This document shows positions 43,276 to 53,205 of a stretch of 64,000 nucleotides of DNA, in pieces (positions within the stretch are counted from its first letter, which is position 1; every line of letters starts with the position of its first letter). The notes below the pieces were generated by a model. That model saw nothing but the letters and a program-made list of their open reading frames with translations, searched no databases and was not told where the DNA came from. Both the position numbers and the translations under genes were made by a program. This stretch comes from Dehalococcoidia bacterium (GTDB lineage: Bacteria; Chloroflexota; Dehalococcoidia; UBA2979). The stretch covers positions 107,072 through 171,071 of the forward strand of contig JAQWMB010000027.1 in the NCBI GenBank assembly GCA_029246995.1, written 5' to 3'.

Positions 43276-43947
43276 TTATACTTTTCTTATATATACATTG
43301 CCATGTTTTAATTCATATATATGTGATGCCCATTTGTAAATATTCTCTACATCATGAGTTGCAACAATTAATGTCGAATCAGTATTTTGTAAAACTTTTT
43401 CCATCAAGATTTTTTTTGATTTAACATCTAGATTTTTTGAAGGTTCATCTAAAATAAGTAAATTTTGTTTTGTTTGATTTAAGAGTGCTCTGATTAAACT
43501 AATTCTTTGCTGAATTCCTTTTGATAGAACACTCAATTGAATATTTTTAACATGTGTTACTTGAAATTGCTGCATTAAATTTGAAATATCTATACTATAT
43601 TGAGGATAGTTCATTAATTGACAATATAAATTTAGATTATCGATTACTGTTAGTCTGTTATCAAGCATTGATTCATCAATGCTAATTCCAAAAAATGGTT
43701 TCCTTAAGTTCATATTATGCATATCTATAGCATTGAAAAATACACTACCTTCTGTTGGCTTAATAATACCTGCTAGTATTTTTAATAATGTTGTCTTCCC
43801 AGACCCATTTTCACCAATTAAAGCAATTCTCTGTTGTTGTTGAATATGAAAATTAATATCATGGAATACCATGCCAGTATTAAAGGATTTACCTAGATTT
43901 TTTACATTTATGACATGCTCATGTCTCAATATATCTTCTTTAATCAA
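43276..43947 (-). CDS. ccmA: Heme exporter ATP-binding protein CcmA
   Basis: Walker A GENGSGKTT, signature LSKGIQQRISL, Walker B LLILDEP. Confidence 0.88.
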   Translation of the reverse strand: MIKEDILRHEHVINVKNLGKSFNTGMVFHDINFHIQQQQRIALIGENGSGKTTLLKILAGIIKPTEGSVFFNAIDMHNMNLRKPFFGISIDESMLDNRLTVIDNLNLYCQLMNYPQYSIDISNLMQQFQVTHVKNIQLSVLSKGIQQRISLIRALLNQTKQNLLILDEPSKNLDVKSKKILMEKVLQNTDSTLIVATHDVENIYKWASHIYELKHGNVYIRKV

Positions 43948-44966
43948 ATGGCACCATTTTTATTTCTTGTTATGATTAAAATAACACTAATCACAATCAT
44001 GACACTTAAAAGGACGAATATAATTGTAAAGATTTCATTTTTAATAAGAATAAAATTTTTGTCTATAAATAAATTATTAATTGTTAAATTTATAGTAGAA
44101 TTTGATGCAATATTTACTGCTTGTAAAACAATCAAAGATTCATTTTTTAAAAATGTTTTACCTTTTTTAGATATTTCATTATTATGCATAAAATCATCAG
44201 CAAATCTTTCAGGTATCATGATTTCTAAAATATTAGTTTCGTATTGACTATTGAAATTAAAATTGTATTTATTTGTTTTATTGATTTTAACAGTGTGAAT
44301 TGTGGAAATTGTATTTAAACCTGGCCGAATGGGCATTGCTATATTTAAAGTATCATTAGTTTCATAAAATGATCCTGTGCCTAAGTTACCTCTAGCACTT
44401 GTGGTTTGATTTAATAGATTCATTATATAGGTTGGTTTTGTTAAATCATCAAACATAAATGTCCAATTACTCTCATTATTGATGATATCTTCTCTTATAA
44501 AAGTAAGTTCTTGATTTAGAGAATCAATTTTACTCAAAGTGAATTTTGAAACTACATTTTCAATTTTTGGAATTTTTATGCTAGTTTCATAAATTTTAAT
44601 TTCAACATTCGTTGTTTGAATTTTCTCTTCATTGTAATAGTCACTTACATATTTTATGTCCTGGTAAGTTGTTTCTAAAAAAAATATAGAACCATTCATT
44701 TCCAGAAGAAAAAAAATGAAATAACCTTTATTTGCAATTGTAGTTATATTTTTCTTTGTTCCATCTTCATTAATTGACACAAGTGTAACTTCTATTTTTT
44801 CTGGAATTTTTGCTTTTTCCTGATGTACAATTTGACCAGAAATCGAAAATATTTCAGATTGAGCTTTTGTTTCTGAAATGTTGTTTTGATTGATTATGAA
44901 CATTAGGCCTATGAAGCAAAGAATGAATGTAATTTTCTTAATAATTAGCAAATAATAACCAATCAT
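43944..44966 (-). CDS. Uncharacterised bitopic protein (signal/anchor at the N-terminus, TM anchor at the C-terminus) embedded in the ccm operon
   Basis: N-terminal hydrophobic segment ending ...TKAQS. About 280-aa beta-rich extracytoplasmic region. C-terminal TM helix FTIIFVLLSVMIVISVILII plus basic tail. 4-nt overlap with ccmA. Confidence 0.6.
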   Translation of the reverse strand: MIGYYLLIIKKITFILCFIGLMFIINQNNISETKAQSEIFSISGQIVHQEKAKIPEKIEVTLVSINEDGTKKNITTIANKGYFIFFLLEMNGSIFFLETTYQDIKYVSDYYNEEKIQTTNVEIKIYETSIKIPKIENVVSKFTLSKIDSLNQELTFIREDIINNESNWTFMFDDLTKPTYIMNLLNQTTSARGNLGTGSFYETNDTLNIAMPIRPGLNTISTIHTVKINKTNKYNFNFNSQYETNILEIMIPERFADDFMHNNEISKKGKTFLKNESLIVLQAVNIASNSTINLTINNLFIDKNFILIKNEIFTIIFVLLSVMIVISVILIITRNKNGAI

Positions 44967-44976
44967 GATTTTACAA

Positions 44977-45399
44977 CTACTCCTTTCTGTTGTTATTTTT
45001 TAGAATATTTTTGAATAAATAAAAGAGTATAATTAAGAATACAGTTGAAATTATAATAAAGATTAAATAAATACTTTTGTTTGTTTGATTAACAATTTCA
45101 TCGCCATATCTTACTTGAAAAAAATTTATTATTGCTTCGTCGTTAGAGCCTTTTGCTATTTCTATGTTAATACTTTTTTTCATTTCACGGCATATCGGTA
45201 ATTCACATAAATCGAGAGTGATGCCAGCGCATGACGGGCATCTCAATTTTGATTGCAGTTTATATGATCTATATTCCTTATCTATACTGGAATTTTTTTG
45301 TGAATTTTTTTGTAGATTTTGATTTATGGAAATTACTGTAAAGCCAAAAATTAGAATAAACATCAGCAAGGTCAATGATTTAAGATTTATTTTATTCAT
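44977..45399 (-). CDS. ccmH: Cytochrome c-type biogenesis protein CcmH
   Basis: LRCPSCAG thiol motif. Start taken at MNKINLKSL (45399), 2 nt after the ccmF stop. Confidence 0.85.
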   Translation of the reverse strand: MNKINLKSLTLLMFILIFGFTVISINQNLQKNSQKNSSIDKEYRSYKLQSKLRCPSCAGITLDLCELPICREMKKSINIEIAKGSNDEAIINFFQVRYGDEIVNQTNKSIYLIFIIISTVFLIILFYLFKNILKNNNRKE

Positions 45400-45401
45400 A
45401 A

Positions 45402-47342
45402 TTAAGTTTTCTGTTTTTGTATTATTGCGAGCATGATACCAATTAAGTATATTCCACCACCAAGCCACAGTAGATTAATAAATGGATTAAAATATACATG
45501 AAATTGAGACTTTAGATCATTATTCCAGCTTTGTATAAAGATATAAACATCGGTTGTAAACCCTCTATGAATGTCCACGATTGCTACTGGTTGTGAAGGG
45601 AAATTTTCAAAAAATCTTTTACCTGGATTTAATTCAGTAATTTTTTTATTATTTTTAATCATCTCAATTTTTGCTAAAGCTTCAATGTCAATATTATTAC
45701 TTTCTTTTTTTTCAGAATAAATACCTTTAAATTTAAATTCATATTCACCAATCACATAAGATTCATTGGGATTAATTGAAAATTGATAATGAGTTTGAAA
45801 AGCCGTTGCGCTAATTGCACCAATAGCAAAGATTGCAACACCAATGTGAGTGAGATGGCTTGCGTAATCTTGAAATGATAATTTAATACTTCTCATTATT
45901 GCCTTCAATGATCCATAACAAATTGCAAGCGAGCAGGCGATACCAAATATTGGTAAAAAGTTATCTAAATTAGTCATTATTGCTAAAATAAAAAAGACAC
46001 TTAATAATAAAAATAATGGGCGAAGCTCAAGCAAAGCTTTTTGATTTGAAATAAATTTACTTGGAAGCATTGCAGATACAGACAATGCAATGAGTAATAT
46101 TAGAAGAAGTGAGCCAATTGTTTGATTATAAAAGTCTGGACTAATAATAATTTTTTCATTTTTGATTAATTCAAATATGATTGGTAAAATTAATGTGGAT
46201 AGTATTGCAAGGGCTATCATTAAGTTTATAAAAACATTGATGATGATTGTACTCTCTTTACTAAGCAAAGAAGGTATGTGGATTGATTTTTGAGTAGTAG
46301 TTTTACTGAGAGCAAAGATACTAAAAATGATTAATACAGATAGATAAATTAGGTAATATAGTCCAATATCAGATTCAGCAAAAGAGTGCACTGAATCAAT
46401 TATTCCACTTCTTACATTAAATGTAGTAAAAATTGCTAATAAAAAGCCTAAAAACCCAAGTAAAATATTAATGTACTCAAAACCCCCTCTTGTTTTCGAC
46501 ATATAGGTCGTATGTAATAGTCCAATCATTGGCAGTAAAGCTAGGATTGCGCTATTTTCTACTGGGTCCCAACCCCAAAATCCACCCCAACCCAAGACTG
46601 TATATGCCCACCATGCTCCCAAAATATTGCCTAAAGTTAGTAGGAAAATTGAACACAAAATCCATTTTTTGATTATTACATTCCATTCTGCAAGTAATGT
46701 TTTATTTCCCCAAATTCCCGTTGCAACAGCAATAGAAAATGGTATTGCTGTTGATATTAGTCCGCTAAGGAGTATTGGAGGGTGTATCAGCATTGTTGGA
46801 TCTAGTAGTAATGGGTTAAGACCTTGGCCTTCGATTTGATTGATAACTGAAATAGTAAATGGGGAAGTGAAAAAAACTAAAGGTATTAATGTAAAAATAA
46901 GAATTGCTGCAAAAATCATTGAAATTTGCATTTGGATACTTGAAAATTTTTTTATTGTACTTTTAATAAACAAGCTAATTGAAGTACTTAGGACAAAAGA
47001 CCAAAGTAACAATGAGCCTTCTTGGCTACTATATAATGCAGCCCATTTATATTTTAGTTCTAATTCATTGGAGGAAACTGAATATACATAACCAATATTA
47101 AATTGGTTTAATATAATAGCTATAAAGAGAGTCATAAATCCAATAAAAATTAAAAAATTGATAAGATAAAAATTAGCATTTGAATATTTGTAGATTACTT
47201 TTTTATTGAATGAAAAAAATGCAGACAGCTTGTTATTTGATAAAGTATTGATTTCTATTAAACCTAGCATCAAATTTACAATTGATAAAATCAATGCTAT
47301 AAGAAGGCTGAGGTACCCAACTACTGAAATTATATATGACAT
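45402..47342 (-). CDS. ccmF: Cytochrome c heme lyase subunit CcmF
   Basis: WWD motif WGGFWGWDPVENSA; 646 aa with many TM helices. Confidence 0.93.
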   Translation of the reverse strand: MSYIISVVGYLSLLIALILSIVNLMLGLIEINTLSNNKLSAFFSFNKKVIYKYSNANFYLINFLIFIGFMTLFIAIILNQFNIGYVYSVSSNELELKYKWAALYSSQEGSLLLWSFVLSTSISLFIKSTIKKFSSIQMQISMIFAAILIFTLIPLVFFTSPFTISVINQIEGQGLNPLLLDPTMLIHPPILLSGLISTAIPFSIAVATGIWGNKTLLAEWNVIIKKWILCSIFLLTLGNILGAWWAYTVLGWGGFWGWDPVENSAILALLPMIGLLHTTYMSKTRGGFEYINILLGFLGFLLAIFTTFNVRSGIIDSVHSFAESDIGLYYLIYLSVLIIFSIFALSKTTTQKSIHIPSLLSKESTIIINVFINLMIALAILSTLILPIIFELIKNEKIIISPDFYNQTIGSLLLILLIALSVSAMLPSKFISNQKALLELRPLFLLLSVFFILAIMTNLDNFLPIFGIACSLAICYGSLKAIMRSIKLSFQDYASHLTHIGVAIFAIGAISATAFQTHYQFSINPNESYVIGEYEFKFKGIYSEKKESNNIDIEALAKIEMIKNNKKITELNPGKRFFENFPSQPVAIVDIHRGFTTDVYIFIQSWNNDLKSQFHVYFNPFINLLWLGGGIYLIGIMLAIIQKQKT

Positions 47343-47345
47343 GAA

Positions 47346-47786
47346 TCACCTTGGATAATCTGGAACATAAATATCTGCATCCTCTATATCAGTGAGAAAT
47401 TCATTTTCATGTTTTACTATTACTGACTTAGACCTAATATTATTTTGATTTACCGCAAAGCCTTCTGCAATAACAAATGTTTTTGGCCCAAACAAACTTG
47501 GTAACAATCCTTCATGTTCTACAGAAATAATCACATCTTCTTCACCAAAGATTTGAAATGTTGTAATGCCTAAATCATTATATTTTATAGAATTACCGAC
47601 GACGCGGCCCCCAACCCTTATTCTATGTTCTGATGAGTAATCTTTTTGTGTAAATTCTTCTGGTGTTAAATAGTAGGAAAAGGCATTACTTGCAGAAAAA
47701 ATAGCAAAGATTATTAATAAAAAAGTACTTATTATAATAAGAATAATTAACTGATTTTTTGCTTGATATAAATTTATTTTTTTCAT
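47346..47786 (-). CDS. ccmE: Heme chaperone CcmE
   Basis: N-terminal anchor, OB-fold region IRVGGRV, heme-binding His context VIVKHENEF. Confidence 0.88.
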   Translation of the reverse strand: MKKINLYQAKNQLIILIIISTFLLIIFAIFSASNAFSYYLTPEEFTQKDYSSEHRIRVGGRVVGNSIKYNDLGITTFQIFGEEDVIISVEHEGLLPSLFGPKTFVIAEGFAVNQNNIRSKSVIVKHENEFLTDIEDADIYVPDYPR

Positions 47787-47789
47787 TTA

Positions 47790-48317
47790 CTAATTCCCTC
47801 TATTTTGTTCTAAGGCTATTTTTAACTCTTTTTTATCGAATGGGCCAATAATTTTTTTCTTAATTAATAAGTCTTCTGTTATAAAAAAAGCTTCAGGAAT
47901 ACCATTTAAACCAAACTCTACAACAATTGAATCTTGATTTTTATAGCTTATTGGAAAAGTGATACCATTTTTGTTAACAAAACTAGAAGCATCTTTTTCA
48001 TTGTCAAAAACATTCACTCCTAAAAAAATATATCCTTCATTTTGATAACTATTCCATTCATTTTCAATTAATTTCATTTCTTTCACGCAACTATTACACC
48101 ATGAAGCCCAAAAATAAATAAATAAAGGCTTACCATTTGTATTGTTTGAATTTATTGTTTCTCCATTATTTAATTCGAAATTAAAAAATGGTGCAGCTAT
48201 TATTGGATTTTGTATATTCTTATTGTTACCTTGAAATGCTGCTATCCAAAATAAACACAAAAATAAAAAAGCGGTAAGTGCGAATACTATTGTTGGGCTT
48301 TTTACTTTTTTTAACAT
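47790..48317 (-). CDS. TlpA/ResA/CcmG-family thiol:disulfide oxidoreductase
   Basis: N-terminal anchor; FWASWCNSC CxxC motif. First gene of the ccm operon. Confidence 0.88.
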   Translation of the reverse strand: MLKKVKSPTIVFALTAFLFLCLFWIAAFQGNNKNIQNPIIAAPFFNFELNNGETINSNNTNGKPLFIYFWASWCNSCVKEMKLIENEWNSYQNEGYIFLGVNVFDNEKDASSFVNKNGITFPISYKNQDSIVVEFGLNGIPEAFFITEDLLIKKKIIGPFDKKELKIALEQNRGN

Positions 48318-48485
48318 TCGAATTTAGGCTCCTTAATTAAATAGTTTAAAGCAATACTTTGTTTGTAAATACGCATTAAATAATTCAATTCTTAATTTCA
48401 TTCATTATTTCATTTGACCTGTGGAATATTATCCTTCAAAATATCATAGAAGTAATTTTATATAGTTTATGTTCATGGGATCAAA

Positions 48486-49559
48486 ATGCTTAGATTCAGA
48501 AAAACAACTTTTTTTCTTTTTGTAAACTCTATATTTTCCTCCTTTTTATTTGGTTGTTCAGCATGGCAATCTGATCCACAAACAACTGTTAATCCAAAAT
48601 CTGATATGGCTGTGCTTATCCAAGACTTATATGTATTAGTGTTTTGGTTGTCAGTCGGTGTTTTTATTTTCATTATGGGAGCTATCGTATATGTTTCTAT
48701 ACGTTTTCGTGAACGTCCAGGCGTAGAAGCTAAACAATTTCATGGTAATACTAAGTTAGAAATTCTTTGGACACTTATTCCAATTTTGATAGTTTTAACA
48801 ATTTTCCTTCCTACTGCTTCTGCAATTCCAAAAATCAAGAGTGATGCACCAGCTAATGCTCTACAAATTGATGTAGTTGGTAAACAATGGTGGTTTGAAT
48901 TTAAATATCCAGAATTAAATATAACTACTGCAAATGAGATACATATTCCTGTGAATAGGCCAGTTAGCTTTAATATTGAATCCTCTGATGTCATTCATGC
49001 TTTTTGGATACCTCAATTAGGAGGTAAGGTTGATATGATGCCAGGTCATTTAAATAAAATGTGGTTTACTCCTACGGAAGCTAGGAAGAATGCTTACCTG
49101 GGGCAATGTACTGAATTTTGTGGCACCTCTCATGCAAATATGTTGTTTAGAGTTTTTGTTGATGAACAAGAAGATTTTGACAAATGGGTGCTATCACAAC
49201 AACAAAATGGAATGAAAGCTCAAAGCGAACTTGCAAAAGAAGGAGAAAAACTCATACTTAATAATATTGCATTTGTCACCGATAATGGGACTGCTATAGG
49301 ATGTGTTACTTGCCATAAGATTGAAGGAACAAATGCAATGGGAATGCTCGCACCTGATCTTACGCATATTGCTAGTCGTTCTACCATTGCAGCGGGTAGA
49401 TATGAAAATACTAAAGAAAATTTAATTAAATGGATATCAAATCCTAGTAGAATGAAGCCAGGAGTGAGTGAAAGAAGTGGTGGTATGCCGATATACGAGG
49501 ATTATTTAACTCCTGAACAAATTGAATCAATCGTAACGTATTTGTTGGAATTGAAGTAG
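48486..49559 (+). CDS. ctaC: caa3-type cytochrome c oxidase subunit II with fused cytochrome c domain (lipoprotein)
   Basis: Lipobox LFGCS. CuA site HAFWIPQLGGK...CTEFCGTSHANM. C-terminal CVTCHKIEG heme c motif. Confidence 0.93.
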   Translation: MLRFRKTTFFLFVNSIFSSFLFGCSAWQSDPQTTVNPKSDMAVLIQDLYVLVFWLSVGVFIFIMGAIVYVSIRFRERPGVEAKQFHGNTKLEILWTLIPILIVLTIFLPTASAIPKIKSDAPANALQIDVVGKQWWFEFKYPELNITTANEIHIPVNRPVSFNIESSDVIHAFWIPQLGGKVDMMPGHLNKMWFTPTEARKNAYLGQCTEFCGTSHANMLFRVFVDEQEDFDKWVLSQQQNGMKAQSELAKEGEKLILNNIAFVTDNGTAIGCVTCHKIEGTNAMGMLAPDLTHIASRSTIAAGRYENTKENLIKWISNPSRMKPGVSERSGGMPIYEDYLTPEQIESIVTYLLELK

Positions 49560-49577
49560 GTTAAAAGGAGTCATTGT

Positions 49578-51377
49578 ATGACAGCAGTTCTTCCATTGAC
49601 AGTCAAGGAAAATAGTAATTCTGGTATTTGGTCCTGGTTAACAACTGTAGACCATAAAAAGATTGGTACTTTGTACGGTATTTCTGGTGTAATTTTTTTC
49701 ATTCTTGCTGGTGCAGAAGCATTATTGATAAGGACGCAACTAGCTGCACCAAATGGTACAATCATTTCTGCAAATGTCTATAACCAACTTTTTACTATGC
49801 ATGCATTGATGATGATATTTTTGGGTGTTATGCCCATGGGTGCAGCATTCTTTAATTGGTTAGTTCCATTAATGATTGGAGCTCGAGATGTTGCTTTTCC
49901 TAGACTAAATGCACTATCTTTCTGGACTTTTTTATCTGGTGGACTACTTTTAACTTCAAGTTGGCTTTTCGGAGAAGCGCCGGATGTTGGTTGGTTTGCA
50001 TATGCTCCGTTGACTGAAAAAGCATACACAATTGGTAAGGCTATGGACTTCTATGCAGCTGGGTTAATCTTACTAGGAGTTGCATCGACTATTGCATCTT
50101 TGAATTTTGTAGTGACAATAATTAATATGCGTGCTCCTGGAATGACTTGGTTTAGGATGCCAGTATTTGTTTGGATGATATTTGTTGTAGCTTGGTTACT
50201 CATTCTTTCATTACCTGTTTTAACAATTGGTTTAGTGCAGATTTATTTTGACAGGAATTTTGCAACCAATTTTTTTAATCCTACAGGTGGAGGTGATCCT
50301 TTACTTTGGCAACACTTATTTTGGATTTTTGGTCACCCTGAAGTCTATGTGTTGATACTTCCATCTATGGGTATTGTTTCAGAGGTACTTCCTACTTTTG
50401 CTAAGAAACCAATTTTTGGATATTCTGCTATTGTTTTTGCTGGACTATCTATAGCTGTTTTGGGTTTTGCTGTCTGGAGTCATCATATGTTTACTACTGG
50501 GTTAGGCCCAGTGCCATCTATTGTTTTTTCTGCATCTACTATGGCTATTGGTGTCCCCACAGGTGTCAAAATTTTTAATTGGCTTGCTACTCTTTGGGGC
50601 GGAAGTATTAGATTCACAACTGCTAATCTCTTCTCTATTGGATTTATAGCACTCTTTACAATTGGTGGTATTTCTGGTGTTATGCATGCATCACCTCCAA
50701 TTGATACACAGCAACAAGATACATATTTCATTGTTGCGCATATTCACTATGTTTTATTTGGTGGCGCAGTGTTCGGTATTTTTTCTGGATTCTATTACTG
50801 GTGGCCTAAATTTTTTGGTAGATTCCTTGATGAAAAATTAGGCAAGATTAATTTTTGGTTATTTTTTATAGGCATGAATTTAACTTTCTTCCCAATGCAT
50901 TTTTTGGGAGTTCAAGGAATGCCAAGAAGAATTTATAGGTATGATACAGATCTAGGCTGGGATATGTGGAATCAAGTCGCTTCAATTGGTTCGTACATGT
51001 TAGCAGTAGGTATGATTGTTTTTCTTTATGCAGTTTGGAAAGCTTACAAAACTGAACCTAATGCACCTGATAATCCTTGGGATGCCCCAACTCTAGAATG
51101 GGCTACTTCTTCACCTCCCCCAGAACATGACTTCGATGTTATTCCAGTTGTACATGATCGAGATCCATTATGGTATAATCGAGATAATAATATTGTTCAA
51201 GAACAAGTAACCGATGAGCACATACACATGCCTCCACCTTCTTATTATCCGCTATTGCTTTCAATAGGCTTATTGGTTGGTGGTATTGGTCTTTTAACTA
51301 CGTTGATTATTTCATTTGTAGGAGTTTTATTGGTATTTTACGCTATTTGGGGCTGGGTCTTAGAGCCAACGTCTTAG
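49578..51377 (+). CDS. ctaD: Cytochrome c oxidase subunit I
   Basis: WFFGHPEVY-type WIFGHPEVYVLILP, HHMFTTG, VAHIHYVLFGG. GGAG Shine-Dalgarno site. Confidence 0.96.
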   Translation: MTAVLPLTVKENSNSGIWSWLTTVDHKKIGTLYGISGVIFFILAGAEALLIRTQLAAPNGTIISANVYNQLFTMHALMMIFLGVMPMGAAFFNWLVPLMIGARDVAFPRLNALSFWTFLSGGLLLTSSWLFGEAPDVGWFAYAPLTEKAYTIGKAMDFYAAGLILLGVASTIASLNFVVTIINMRAPGMTWFRMPVFVWMIFVVAWLLILSLPVLTIGLVQIYFDRNFATNFFNPTGGGDPLLWQHLFWIFGHPEVYVLILPSMGIVSEVLPTFAKKPIFGYSAIVFAGLSIAVLGFAVWSHHMFTTGLGPVPSIVFSASTMAIGVPTGVKIFNWLATLWGGSIRFTTANLFSIGFIALFTIGGISGVMHASPPIDTQQQDTYFIVAHIHYVLFGGAVFGIFSGFYYWWPKFFGRFLDEKLGKINFWLFFIGMNLTFFPMHFLGVQGMPRRIYRYDTDLGWDMWNQVASIGSYMLAVGMIVFLYAVWKAYKTEPNAPDNPWDAPTLEWATSSPPPEHDFDVIPVVHDRDPLWYNRDNNIVQEQVTDEHIHMPPPSYYPLLLSIGLLVGGIGLLTTLIISFVGVLLVFYAIWGWVLEPTS

Positions 51378-51399
51378 ATAGTAATCGATAGGGGTATAA

Positions 51400-52011
51400 A
51401 TGAGTCAGGAAGCACATTCAGTAACTGGTATTGATAGCAGGAAATTATTAATGTGGATTTTTCTTGCTAGTGATTGTTTGTTTTTTGGTGCACTAATTTC
51501 AACTTATCTAATTTTCAAAGACAATATACCGAATCCACCTTATCCAACTGATCGCATCGTTAACGGAGAGTTTTTTCATGGCCTTTTGAATATTCCACTA
51601 ACTTCTGTCAGTACATTTGTCTTGTTGATGAGCAGTGTAGCGATGGTGCTTGCTGTATATGGTGCACAAAATAACAATTTAAAGATGATGAAAGGTTGGT
51701 TGTTATCTACGATTGTGTTGGGAATTGCTTTTCTTCTATTCCAAGTCTATGAATTTAGACACTTTCTACATGAAGGCTTAGGGCTGAGTACAAATCAATT
51801 TGGGGCATCTTTTTATTTGATGACTGGATTTCACGGCGTACATGTGGGGATTGGGGTTATAATACTCATTTCGCTCTTATTTGGTTCGTTTAGAAGAAAT
51901 AGCCTTGGTTCAGATACGGGTTTTCATATTGAAACAGCTGGTTTGTATTGGCACTTTGTCGATATAGTATGGATTGTAATATTTACACTTGTTTATTTAA
52001 TGCCTTATTAG
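51400..52011 (+). CDS. ctaE: Cytochrome c oxidase subunit III
   Basis: FYLMTGFHGVHVGIGV, YWHFVDIVWI. Confidence 0.92.
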   Translation: MSQEAHSVTGIDSRKLLMWIFLASDCLFFGALISTYLIFKDNIPNPPYPTDRIVNGEFFHGLLNIPLTSVSTFVLLMSSVAMVLAVYGAQNNNLKMMKGWLLSTIVLGIAFLLFQVYEFRHFLHEGLGLSTNQFGASFYLMTGFHGVHVGIGVIILISLLFGSFRRNSLGSDTGFHIETAGLYWHFVDIVWIVIFTLVYLMPY

Positions 52012-52038
52012 TTTATAAAAAGAGTTCGAGGATTTTGT

Positions 52039-52350
52039 ATGAAAAATACCCATGCAGCAAATAATAACCATTTAACTATTCGTCAATACTTAAAAATTGG
52101 TGCTTTGTTAACTATTATTACTGTTGCTGAATTAATAGCATCTTATATTAATTTAGGTTTTCTTTTAGTTCCATTATTGCTGATTCTCTCAGCAGTTAAA
52201 TTTGTCATTGTTGTTGCTTATTTTATGCATTTAAAATTTGAAGATTTGTTAATTTCAAAAATTTTTGCATTTGCTTTTGTACTTGCTCTGTGTATTCTGC
52301 TAGCATTAGTTTCATTATTTATATATGATCCTAGTATTGCAAATAGATAA
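52039..52350 (+). CDS. ctaF: Cytochrome c oxidase subunit IV (prokaryotic COX4 type)
   Basis: 103-aa, 3-TM protein with YFMHLKFE motif immediately after ctaE. Confidence 0.8.
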   Translation: MKNTHAANNNHLTIRQYLKIGALLTIITVAELIASYINLGFLLVPLLLILSAVKFVIVVAYFMHLKFEDLLISKIFAFAFVLALCILLALVSLFIYDPSIANR

Positions 52351-52390
52351 TGATTTTTTACTAATCTATCGGAGTCAATAGGATATTGCA

Positions 52391-53182
52391 TTGAACAGAA
52401 TAGAAGACTATAGCATCTTACAAAAAGAAATAATTGCATGGATTAAATATTATTGCACTGATAATAATATCCAGTCATTAGTAGTTGGTGTTTCAGGTGG
52501 CATAGACTCCGCTGTTGTGTCTACACTGTGTGCTGGAACGAAAATAAAAACATACCTAGTCGGCATGCCTATTCATCAAGAAACTTCACAAGAGAATTAT
52601 TCTGATTTACATATGAATGAATTATCTGATAAATTTTCAAATATTGAAATTTTAAAATTCGATTTGACTTCTGTCTTTGAATCGTTTAAAAAGGCAATTA
52701 CCGTTAAATCTCAGCTAATTGATCAAAATTTATTAGCTCTTGCAAATTCAAGATCTAGGCTACGTATGGTTACTCTCTATCAAATTGCTCAACATTATTC
52801 TGGGATTGTAGTTGGAACAGGTAACAAGGTTGAAGATTATGGTATTGGTTTTTATACAAAATATGGTGATGGGGGTGTAGATATTGCTCCTATAGCTGAT
52901 CTATATAAAACAGAAGTATACAATCTAGGTATTCACATGCAAGTTAATGACGCAATTATAGAAGCACCACCCACTGATGGCCTATGGGATGATGCTAGAA
53001 CAGATGAAGAGCAGATTGGTACAACCTATGAGTTATTGGAATGGGTAATGGAATATGGCAGCGATCATCCTCGAGATCAACTTTCAGATGAGCAGCTTAA
53101 TGCATTAAAAATATTTAATAACTTTCATCAAAAAAATAAACATAAGATGGATTCTGTTCCAACTTTTTATTTAGAAAAATAA
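52391..53182 (+). CDS. nadE: NH3-dependent NAD+ synthetase
   Basis: VVGVSGGIDSAV PP-loop, GTGNKVEDYGIGFYTKYGDGG, APPTDGLW. Confidence 0.93.
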   Translation: MNRIEDYSILQKEIIAWIKYYCTDNNIQSLVVGVSGGIDSAVVSTLCAGTKIKTYLVGMPIHQETSQENYSDLHMNELSDKFSNIEILKFDLTSVFESFKKAITVKSQLIDQNLLALANSRSRLRMVTLYQIAQHYSGIVVGTGNKVEDYGIGFYTKYGDGGVDIAPIADLYKTEVYNLGIHMQVNDAIIEAPPTDGLWDDARTDEEQIGTTYELLEWVMEYGSDHPRDQLSDEQLNALKIFNNFHQKNKHKMDSVPTFYLEK

Positions 53183-53205
53183 TTTAATTTTAATAGTAGC
53201 TATTT

